This document shows, one piece after another, positions 39,723-49,363 of a stretch of DNA of 64,000 nt (its first letter is position 1; each line of letters begins with the position of its first letter). The notes beneath the pieces were generated by a model that worked only from the letters and a program-made list of their open reading frames with translations, had not been told where the DNA came from and did not search any database. The stretch covers positions 65,382 through 129,381 of the forward strand of contig CAVQAB010000011.1 in assembly GCA_963710385.1 (NCBI GenBank). The letters are read 5' to 3'. The translations under genes were made by a program, and so were the position numbers. This stretch comes from an uncultured Bacteroidales bacterium (GTDB lineage Bacteria > Bacteroidota > Bacteroidia > Bacteroidales > GCA-2748055).

Positions 39723-41147
39723 ATGAATGTACGTCCCCATTTACAATTACTCAATCCTGAACAAATAAGTGAGGTTCATCACTATTCCATTCGTATTCTG
39801 GAAGAAACAGGTATAAGGGTGGAATCAAAAGAGGCGCTCGAAATATTTAAAAAATCTGATGCGGTTGCGGTCAGAAATGAGTTGGTTTATGTTCAGCGCG
39901 AATTGATCAATCATGCCATAAAGCAAGCACCTTCAAACATCGAGGTATTTAACAAGAGTGGGGATATCGCATTTCAACTGGGGAAAAAGCAAGGAAATGA
40001 AACCTATTTTGGGATCGGTGGAACCAACACCTGGTTTCAGGATATAGAAAGCAACCATGTTGAACTGTTTACCAGGAAGCATATGCAGCATTCCACCAAA
40101 CTTGGCGACCTGTTGGACAACTATGACCTGGTCTCCACATTGGGAATTCCTTCCGATGTGCCTCCGGAAAAGTCTGACATCTGCGCTACCCTTGATATGT
40201 ATGCCAACACCACAAAGCCTTTGGTTTTATTGATCTCCGGCGAGAATAAGATCAATGATGTGTTTGAATTGCTCTCTTTTCTTCACGGTGATATCTCGAC
40301 CAAACCATTTTGTATCCCCTATGTTAATCCAATCACGCCACTGGTGTTGAACAGAACTACCACGGATAAGATGATTGCTTCCATCACTCTCGGACTGCCC
40401 ATCATCTATTCCAATTACAGCATGTATGGTGGCACATCTCCGGTTAATGAAGGTGGATCACTGGCACTATTAAATGCAGAGTTGCTGGCAGGACTGGTAT
40501 TCAGTCAACTGGTTAAAGAGGGAAGTGAAATAATCCTGGGAAGCCTGCCGGCAGCATTTAACATGGCTACCATGGGAAGCCACTATACCCCCAGCTCCTA
40601 TTTGCTGAACCTGGCATGTGCTGAGATGATGAATCACTATGAAATTCCCCACTGCGGCACATCCGGCAGTAGCAATGGCCGGGGCGCCGATTTGCTGGCT
40701 TCGGGAGATTTGTGGTTGAATCACCTGAGCTCCTGTATAGGTAAAGTTGGCTGTGCCCCCTTTGTGGGTGGTAATTTTGATTCCCTGGCGTTTTCACCTG
40801 CTACAGTGGTGCTTTCAAACCAAATTATTGGGGATGCAAGAAAATTTGCCAGAGGCTTTACCTTAAATGAGGAGAGTGTCAATCTTCCTGAAATTTCAAC
40901 CATAGGCCATGGTGGAAATTATTTTACTTCGGAACAAACCCTGGCTTCATTACAGGAACTAAGTTCTACTCATGGGATTTGGCCTTCATTAAGCCTGGAT
41001 GCATGGAGGGCCCAAAACATGCCTACAGCCGAAAAAGCGTTGATAGAAAACACCAGTGAATTGTATTCCAGGGCAATGATAGCTTCTGAAGAGGCCCTTG
41101 ACATCATAGAAAAAGGGGAAGCCTATATAAATAAATCATTTCCTTAG
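39723..41147 (+). CDS. MttB-superfamily (trimethylamine methyltransferase-like) protein; non-pyrrolysine type
   Basis: LLNPEQISEVHHYSIRILEETGIRVESKEALEIFKKSDA is an MttB-family N-terminus. The ORF is uninterrupted, with no in-frame TAG. The ATG at 39723 is preferred over the TTG at 39708. Confidence 0.7.
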   Translation: MNVRPHLQLLNPEQISEVHHYSIRILEETGIRVESKEALEIFKKSDAVAVRNELVYVQRELINHAIKQAPSNIEVFNKSGDIAFQLGKKQGNETYFGIGGTNTWFQDIESNHVELFTRKHMQHSTKLGDLLDNYDLVSTLGIPSDVPPEKSDICATLDMYANTTKPLVLLISGENKINDVFELLSFLHGDISTKPFCIPYVNPITPLVLNRTTTDKMIASITLGLPIIYSNYSMYGGTSPVNEGGSLALLNAELLAGLVFSQLVKEGSEIILGSLPAAFNMATMGSHYTPSSYLLNLACAEMMNHYEIPHCGTSGSSNGRGADLLASGDLWLNHLSSCIGKVGCAPFVGGNFDSLAFSPATVVLSNQIIGDARKFARGFTLNEESVNLPEISTIGHGGNYFTSEQTLASLQELSSTHGIWPSLSLDAWRAQNMPTAEKALIENTSELYSRAMIASEEALDIIEKGEAYINKSFP

Positions 41148-41169
41148 AATTAATTCCCATATTTAAGCA

Positions 41170-42495
41170 ATGAGCTTTAAGGAAAAAGCCGAGGAATCGA
41201 GGAAAATCGGCTTTTGGTTAAGCACCTCCCTGGTGGTAGGGAATATGACCGGATCAGGAATTTTTCTTTTGCCTGCTGCCCTGGCGCTCTACGGAGGAAT
41301 CTCAATTTTCGGCTGGATTTTTACTGTGGCAGGAACCATATTTCTTGCACTGGTATTTTCAAGGCTCAGCAGACTCATCACAACAGCGGGTGGACCGTAT
41401 ACCTATTCAAAGGAGGGTTTTGGAGATTTTGCTGGATTTCTGGTAGCCTGGGGATACTGGATCTCCATCTGGAGTGGCAATGCAGCCATTTCAGTGGCTG
41501 GAGTGGGTTATCTATCTGTATTCATTCCATCACTTAAAGAAAATCCTATGCTTTCAGCCTTTGTGGCCATTGGTGCCATATGGCTCTTTACCTTCATCAA
41601 CACAAAAAGCATTAAAAAGGTTGGCCTGGTACAGCTCATCACCACCATTATAAAGATCCTACCACTGTTATTATTGGGGACATTTGGTTTTATCTATTTT
41701 AACAGGGCCCATTTTACACCTTTAAATTTGAGTGGTGAATCAAGCTTCGATGCAATCACTGCAACAGCAGCCCTGGCTTTATGGGCATTTCTTGGTCTGG
41801 AGTCTGCTACCATCCCCTCCGATAAAGTAAAAAATCCGACGAAAACAATACCCAGGGCCACGATTGCAGGGATCGGTATTGCTGCCCTGATCTATATTTC
41901 CAGTACGGTGGGAATCATGGGAGTTGTTGCTCCGGCTGAGCTGCAACATTCGTCGGCACCCTTTGCAGATGCTGCACAAAAGATCTGGGGAAGCTGGGCA
42001 TCCGGCCTGATCGCCATCGGAGCTGCCATTGCCTGTTTTGGGGCCTTGAATGGTTGGATCCTCCTCCAGGGGCAGCTTCCTATGGCTGCTGCCAGGGATA
42101 AACTATTCCCCCCAGCCTTTAAAAGGGTATCCGGAAAGGGAATACCTGTCACTGGACTCATGATTGCCAGTGTGCTGGCCACCATTCTTGTGGGCTTCAA
42201 CTATTCCAAGGGGCTTGTGAAGATGTTTTCATTTATTATTATGCTCTCCACCCTCAGTTGTCTTCTGCCATACCTCTTATCTTCCCTTTCTGAGATCATG
42301 CTTTATCTGAGAAAAAAGATACCCTATAATAGAAATAAATTGATCCTGACTTCACTAATATCTATACCGGCATTTCTCTATTCCTTCTGGGCCATCACCG
42401 GCCTGGAATATGAAATTCTCATCTGGGGCGCTATACTATTAGCAGCTGGAATCCCCATATATGCTTATATAAAGTTCAGGGAGAGAAAGAAGTAA
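41170..42495 (+). CDS. APC-superfamily permease (basic amino acid/polyamine antiporter, APA-like)
   Basis: 441 aa with about 12 TM segments. The N-terminal signature is VVGNMTGSGIFLLPAALALYGGIS, AdiC/PotE/CadB-like. Confidence 0.7.
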   Translation: MSFKEKAEESRKIGFWLSTSLVVGNMTGSGIFLLPAALALYGGISIFGWIFTVAGTIFLALVFSRLSRLITTAGGPYTYSKEGFGDFAGFLVAWGYWISIWSGNAAISVAGVGYLSVFIPSLKENPMLSAFVAIGAIWLFTFINTKSIKKVGLVQLITTIIKILPLLLLGTFGFIYFNRAHFTPLNLSGESSFDAITATAALALWAFLGLESATIPSDKVKNPTKTIPRATIAGIGIAALIYISSTVGIMGVVAPAELQHSSAPFADAAQKIWGSWASGLIAIGAAIACFGALNGWILLQGQLPMAAARDKLFPPAFKRVSGKGIPVTGLMIASVLATILVGFNYSKGLVKMFSFIIMLSTLSCLLPYLLSSLSEIMLYLRKKIPYNRNKLILTSLISIPAFLYSFWAITGLEYEILIWGAILLAAGIPIYAYIKFRERKK

Positions 42496-42505
42496 CAAAC
42501 GGTGC

Positions 42506-43651
42506 TCACAATTCAATCAAACGCGAGCTTTTCACATAATGAATATTTCTCGCTTCCAGATAAGCCAAAAAATAGTCGAAACAAGCTTTATGCCTGCCAA
42601 GCAGTTCAGGTGGATAAACTCCTTTCTCACTGAACAGACCATCTAAAAAGAGATTGGCTGCGGCGGTGGCGGTATAACCAGTGGTGCGTGCCATGGAGGA
42701 TGTCTCTGTTTCAGGATCATACTCATCATGCATGCTATACACCACTTCCTCCAATTGACCCCTTGCATTTTCTCCTTTCAGGGTAACCCTAAAGACCGTC
42801 AATTCTTCTTCTGTTTCTCCTAATTTCCACTCGTTAAAGAGGATTTTGCTTGTCACATCCAGGGGTGAGATCATTGCACCATTCACTTCTATTTTTTCAG
42901 TACCGAAAAAGCCACTCTCCTTTAATACTTTTACATACTCTACATGCCCCGGATAGCGCAATGTTTTTTCCTTCATGTTGGGAATATGAGGCATGGTGTA
43001 GATGATGGATCTTAATCCATCGGAGTTGAATGATTCCAGGGTACCCACTTGATCAAAGTCAACATATTCACAATCAGTTAAGGGTTCTCTGATTACCAAC
43101 TCCCCATGTTCAACATACCTTGCCGGGCGTGTATATTCTTCAATAACATCAATGGGTGAAAAAGGTGCCTTATAGCAAAAGGGCCATTTCTTTATTTTAG
43201 GCAATCCTCCAACCAGACAGACAAAATCCGTGAGTTTCATCACTTCATTGTAGTAGCCCAATATCACATTGTCCATTCCCGGAGCCACACCACAATCAAC
43301 AATGGCGGTTACATTATGCTTCTTTGCCAATGCATCCAGCTCCAGTGAGTTTTCAGGAAAAAACGCAATATCTACTACATTCTTACCTGCCTCAATAATG
43401 GTTCTTAAAGTTTCGAATCCCAAAAAACCGGGAACTGCGTTGATGACCAGATCGTACTTAGTAAGGATTTGCAGGAGTTCCTTTTTATCAGTAACGTCCA
43501 ATTGCTGAGTTGTTAAGTCGTTGCACTTTTGTTTTACTCGACTTAAAACATCCTGGTTTACATCGGTAACCGTCACCTGATGCTTTTTTGTCATATCGAT
43601 GGCCATGGCGCTACCCACCATTCCTGCACCTAATACAATTACATTACTCAT
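42506..43651 (-). CDS. Saccharopine dehydrogenase-family NAD(P)-binding protein
   Basis: 381 aa. The Rossmann motif is VIVLGAGMVGSAM. The C-terminal Sacchrp_dh_C-like region is TLRYPGH...MARTTGYTATAAA. Confidence 0.65.
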   Translation of the reverse strand: MSNVIVLGAGMVGSAMAIDMTKKHQVTVTDVNQDVLSRVKQKCNDLTTQQLDVTDKKELLQILTKYDLVINAVPGFLGFETLRTIIEAGKNVVDIAFFPENSLELDALAKKHNVTAIVDCGVAPGMDNVILGYYNEVMKLTDFVCLVGGLPKIKKWPFCYKAPFSPIDVIEEYTRPARYVEHGELVIREPLTDCEYVDFDQVGTLESFNSDGLRSIIYTMPHIPNMKEKTLRYPGHVEYVKVLKESGFFGTEKIEVNGAMISPLDVTSKILFNEWKLGETEEELTVFRVTLKGENARGQLEEVVYSMHDEYDPETETSSMARTTGYTATAAANLFLDGLFSEKGVYPPELLGRHKACFDYFLAYLEARNIHYVKSSRLIEL

Positions 43652-43691
43652 ACCACTAAATTAAAATTTTTGAAAAAGATAGATTCAAAAC

Positions 43692-46119
43692 CTATTTTTG
43701 CCCCCATTCCTTATTTGGTTCCTTTCCCAACACTAATTTGAGTTCTCCGCCTTTTGAAAAGGTTTCATGGGAAAAATGAAATTTCATCCAATCCTGTCCG
43801 TTCAGTATTGCCTGCTGTATATAGATATTTTCATCCGAATTGTTTTCCGCGATAATCACAAATATATCTCCTGAATAATATGACGGATTCAAATCTATCT
43901 CCACTTTATCAAATACCGGAGTGGTGATTTCATAGGATGAATTCACGGATGCTCCGCCATCCATCTGAAATAATCCCATGGCCATCAATACACCAAGAGC
44001 GCCCATCTGTCCCTGATCCTCATCTCCGTTGTATCCCCCATAGGGAGTGATATCAGCGAAAGTGATCTCTTTTACTTCCCGGACCCATTTCTGGGAGAGC
44101 CAGGGTGCTCCACTGTGATTAAAAAGATGAGCCATCTGGCATGATGGTTGGTTTTCATAGTCCACCCAATTTTCTGCATGCCTGCCATGGTCGGTTATAA
44201 ACTTTTTTGCCTTTGCCTTAATAAAACAACTGTCAACATATTGGGTATAGCGTTCCTTTCCTCCAAACAGTTCCATTAAACCCTCCAGGTCATGAGGAAC
44301 ATAATTGGTGTATATGGCAGAATTACTCTCCACAAAACCCAATGTATTAAAACCGTCACTGATGGGTGTGAAATCGTCAATCCAGGTCCCATCCATGTTT
44401 CTGGGATGCATAAACTGCGTTTCCGGGTTCCACAGGTTCTTGTAATTGTCTGCGCGCTGACTAAACATATGATAATCTTCTTCTTTTCCAAGGGAGAGTG
44501 CCAGCTGTCCCATACACCAATCCTGAAAAGCATACTCCAGGGTCATCGCCGCTCCGTCTCTATGGTATCCCGGACCTCTAATGCCTTCAGGTACATAGCC
44601 TCTGTCCAGATAGAAGTTCATTCCCCCACCCTTGGGATTATCCCGATGTTCATATCCTGCACGATCCCGGATACCTCCCACAAAAGCATTTTTATACAGA
44701 CCCTCATAAACCTTTTCAATATCATAACCCCGAATCCCTTTGTTATAGGCAGTGGCGAAAAATGAAGAAGCGGGATCTCCTATCATGACATAAGTGTAAT
44801 TCCCCCCCGATGGACCACGGGGTATCAAACCACCATGCCGGTACATCTCCACCATACTTCCGCAGAATTCATCCATGACATCCGGATATACCATGGACCA
44901 TAAAACATTCAGCGTCCAGTGACTTCCCCACCACGCATCAAAATTGTATTGTTGATGCATGGGCTTCCTGTCCTGATCTAATTCAACCTGCCGGATTACC
45001 TTCCTCTCCCCTGTCATATCGCAATACATCCCGTTTACATCGCTCACAATCTTTCTTCCAAGAAGGGAATGCCACAGGTCAGTGTAGAACTTCACTTTCT
45101 GTTTCTCTGTCCCCCCTTCTATCTTAATTCTACCAAGATAATCGTTCCACTCATCCCTGGATGCTTTTACAATCCGGTCAAAATTCCAGTGCGCCAGCTC
45201 ACGATCCATGTTCATCCGGGCCTGTTCAATTCCCGTATATGATATGGCAACTTTCATTTGCAGGGTACTGTTTTGTTGCCCGTCAAAACTGACAAATGCG
45301 CCCACCTTCTCACCATAAATTTGTGCTATTTCGCCTGCCTCAAGCACCCCATTTTCCCAGGCTCCAAAAGCAGAAATGGGCTGGTCAAATCTTGCCACAA
45401 AATAGATGTATGTAGACTTGGGACGCCGTTGGGTTGGGCCCATGATGCTATACCCTGCAATTTCGAATTCATTTACCTTTTCAACCCTGGCCGAATCCAT
45501 GGCAGCATGACCCAGAAAGGCACCCACATCAAAAATGACATATTTTGCAGTGTCTTCCGGATAAGTATACCTGTGAAAACCGACCCTTGTGGTTGAAGTC
45601 AGTTCAGCCAGGATGCCATAGTCTTTTAAATAGATACTATGGTACCCGGGATAGGCTTCCTCCTCCTCATGGCTAAAAGCAGATTTATAAGCCTCCATTC
45701 CCAGATGTCCTTTAAATTCTACCAACCGCAGGCATTACCGGAATTCCGGACATCTGCCAGGCGTGAACATGAGAAAAGCATCGCACATGAAGAGAGTCGT
45801 AGAGATACCCTGAATTCCAGCTTCCTTTTACCCAGGTGTCAGGACTCAAACTGACCATTCCAAAGGGACGTGAAGCAGATGCAAAGAAGAACCAACGGGA
45901 TTTATGTGTGTCTACAAAAGGATTCACATAATCAATGGGTTCATTGGAAAACACATCATTTGCCAGACCGAGCAGCGCTTCTGCCTGCTTATTGAGAAAT
46001 TGGTTCTCTGTTTCGTTAAGTGTCGGATCGATGGTGTCAGAGCCGACAGTCTGGTTGTTCCGGGCATGGCTCAATGTCGTCAGTGCAGCAAGGCACAGCA
46101 GAGACAGAATTCTTTTCAT
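43692..46119 (-). pseudogene. GH92 alpha-mannosidase (copy A); one frame disruption as assembled
   Basis: The N-terminal piece 45712..46119 reads VNPFVDTH...FGMVSLSPDT...FSHVHAWQMSGIPVMPAV. The body 43692..45725 contains GFHRYTYP, DLWHSLLGR and GDEDQGQMGA. The junction at about 45715 (GG run) reads PAV|VEFKGHLG. Confidence 0.8.
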
Positions 46120-46126
46120 ATAATAA

Positions 46127-46961
46127 TCAATTACCTTCTGTTTGACTTGAATTGTCCAGTGACGGCTCTATTGAAACAAAATGATGCACTATAGTATCTG
46201 ATGAAACTTCCCAATGTCTGAATCCCAGCGGTCTTTCATCAAAATTCCTACTGGTGGTTTCACCCGTCACCAATTGAATGCCTTTATAGTTGTTAATCAC
46301 AGTGGTGTGCTTATGCCCGGACAAGTAGGCCAATACATTGTTCTCGGTAAACAGTTCCAATACCTCCAGCCTTTTGTCCAGGGGGAGATTGAAATATTGC
46401 TCTTCTTCATCAGGTTGGTCAATGTATAGGGGGTAATGACCAATCACAATTACCGGTCGTCGTTTCATGCGCTTTATTCTCTAGTGTCTTTTTAAACCAA
46501 CGGTCATGTTTTTCTGATTCATCCTCTACGGCCACTTTCCATAGCTGAGTATTAGTAACAATAAATGCGTATCCCTGATGAATGAATTCATAGTAATCCT
46601 CACCGACTGTTTCCCGGTAAAATTTAAGTGTTGTGTCATTGGGAATATTTCCCACATCATGATTCCCCGGTAAAACATAACATGGCATAATAAACTCTTC
46701 CTTAATTCTTAAAAAATCATCATAGGTACTATCGACTGCATGATGAACAAGATCCCCACAAATCACTACAAAATCAGGTTTTAGCGCATTGATCTGGTCC
46801 ACTGCCAGATTGAATGATTTTACGTCGTGCTCATAACCGCCCATACCCAATTGAGTATCACATAATTGAACAAAAGAAAATGTTTGTCTCTTACTGTCAG
46901 TACAGGAAATACTGAAGACCAGTAATAGAACTATTAGATATTTTGTAAGCCGAAAAATCAT
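46127..46961 (-). pseudogene. Calcineurin-like metallophosphoesterase lipoprotein; one frame disruption as assembled
   Basis: The ATG at 46961 gives MIFRLTKYLIVLLLVFSISC. The motifs are LCDTQLG, VICGDLVHH, LPGNHD and, after the shift, GHKH. The pieces are 46419..47006 and 46127..46468. Confidence 0.7.
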
Positions 46962-46992
46962 ATGAATTCTTTTTTGTTTCGCACAGGATGTT

Positions 46993-49310
46993 TCACTTCT
47001 TAGCACTTAAGGAGTAAGGTACATTTTCAGCTTTACTTCCCCATTTCATATTGGGGTTTTGATCCAGATTAAAAGTGAAGGTTCCTCCATTTTGTATATC
47101 CTCAAATTGGATAAAGTTGTGCTCATAGGCTTTACCATTCAAACGAGTCGATTGTATATAATAGTTTTCAGCTGAATTATTGTTTGCCGTAATGGTAAAG
47201 CTATTTCCGTTTTCCAGGGTCAAGACCGCTTTATCAAATAAGGGACTCCCGATTACATACTGATCCGTACCTGGTGTTACCGGATAAAATCCCAAGGAAC
47301 TGAAAACATACCAGGCTGAGGTTTGTCCATTGTCTTCGTCACCACAGTATCCATCCGGTGTAGCCGCATAAAGATTGGTGAGGACCTCTCTGATTAATTT
47401 TTGCGTTTTATAGGGTACTTTTGCATAATTATAGAGATAAATCATGTGTTGTATGGGTTGATTTCCATGTGCATAATTGCCCATATTGACGATTTGCATC
47501 TCTCTGATTTCGTGAATGGTTATTCCGTAATAGGAATCATCAAAATCCGGAGGCATTTCAAATACATGATCCAGTTGTCCGATAAAAGCCTCATTTCCTC
47601 CCATCAGATCAATAAGTCCCTGAATATCATGAAAGACTGACCAGGTATAGTGCAGACTATTTCCTTCCGTAAATGCATCACCCCATTTCAAGGGATTAAA
47701 AGGTTTCTGAAAATTGCCATCTTCATTTTTACCCCTCATGAGCTTGGTGGAGGGATCAAATACGTTTTTGTAATTCATCGATTGCTTATAATACTTATCT
47801 GCGATCTCATTTTTGCCCAGCTTTTCAGCCATTTTAGCAATGGTGAAATCCGCATAAGCATACTCCAGGGTACGGGCTGTATTTTCATTCACTCCCACAT
47901 CATAAGGGACATAACCAAGTGTATTGTAATAATTGAGACCCTCTCTTCCCACTGAACTTTCCGGTCTTCCCTCCTCTACCGTTGCATTTTTAAGGATGGC
48001 CTCAAAAAGAATCTCAGCGTCCTTATTGAATAGCTCCTTTTAGAAAAGCATCCGCAATAATCGGAGCAGAATTTGAACCAATCATACAATCCCTGTGTCC
48101 GGGGCTGGCCCATTCAGGCAGCCATCCGGATTCCCTGTAGGTATTGGCAAGTCCTTCCATAATCTTACCATTCAACTCGGGATACATCAAATTAAAAAAT
48201 GGAAATACAGCCCTGAAAGTGTCCCAGAAACCATTGTCAGTAAACATATATCCGGGCAAAACTTCTCCATTGTAAGGGCTGTAATGAATCACTTCATCTT
48301 TCTCATTAATTTCATAGAATTTTCTGGGAAACAATAGCACCCTGTATAGACAAGAATAGAATGTTTTGATATGTATCGGTATTGCTATCCTCTATTCTTA
48401 TTCTGCCCAATTCATTTTCCCAAAGATCTTTTGCCTTCTCTTTGGTTTCCTCAAATGAATCCTGTCCTATTTCTCTTGTTAAATTGAGCTCAGCCTGTTC
48501 CGGACTGATAAATGATGAGGCTACTTTTACATGAACCACTTCTCCCTTTTTGGTTTTAAATCCGATGATAGCACCCACATGTTCTCCTTCACTGTTCAAC
48601 GTGTTTTCCTGCAATTTCCACTCGTCTCCCCAGGTATGTGTAATTTCAAAATCCTTATCAAATTCCGCCACAAAATAGTTATGAAAATTATCGGGAACAC
48701 CACCGCTATTATTTCTGCAATAACCAATAATTTTTCTTTCCTCTGGAATAATTTTTACCATAGATCCTTCGAAAAATCCATCCAGGAGAATATAGGATGA
48801 GTCGGATTCCGGAAAGGTGAATTTAAAATGTGCCGCTCGCTCAGTGGGAGCTACTTCAGCAACCACATCATAATCTGCCAAATATACTTTATAATGATAT
48901 GGTTTAACTGTTTCTGCTTTATGTGAAAACCAGGATGCCCTTTCATTTTCTTCATATTTCAGTTCCCCTGTTACGGCCATCAGAGAAAAAGCAGCATAAT
49001 CATTGATCCATGGACTTGGCTGATGGGTTTGTTTGATGCCCCTGATCTTATTTTCATTGTACTTGTAGGTCCATCCATCACCCATTTTTGATGTCATAGG
49101 AGTCCAGAAATTCATGCCCCACGGAGTGGCGATGGCCGGATACGTATTGCCGTTAGACAGGGAAAACTTAGAATCGGTACCCATCAGAGGGTTTACATAA
49201 TCCACCAGGAAGACCCGATCTGTATCTTCAATGGCTACATTATATCCGACATTGTTACACGATATACATGCAATGGTTAGTAAAACAGAGATTGCTACTT
49301 TATAATTCAT
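46993..49310 (-). pseudogene. GH92 alpha-mannosidase (copy B); at least 2 frame disruptions as assembled
   Basis: There are three pieces. 48312..49310 reads VNPLMGTDS...YPAIATPWGMNFWTP. 48023..48340 reads LLFPRKFYE...GFWDTFRAVFPFFNL...GWLPEWASPG...M. 46993..47952 reads LEYAYADF...GDEDNGQTSAWYVFSSLGFYPV. Confidence 0.8.
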
Positions 49311-49363
49311 TTTATCTTCGGTTTTTGAGTTTACGTTATAGTTTCACCTTAGGCTAAAGATTA

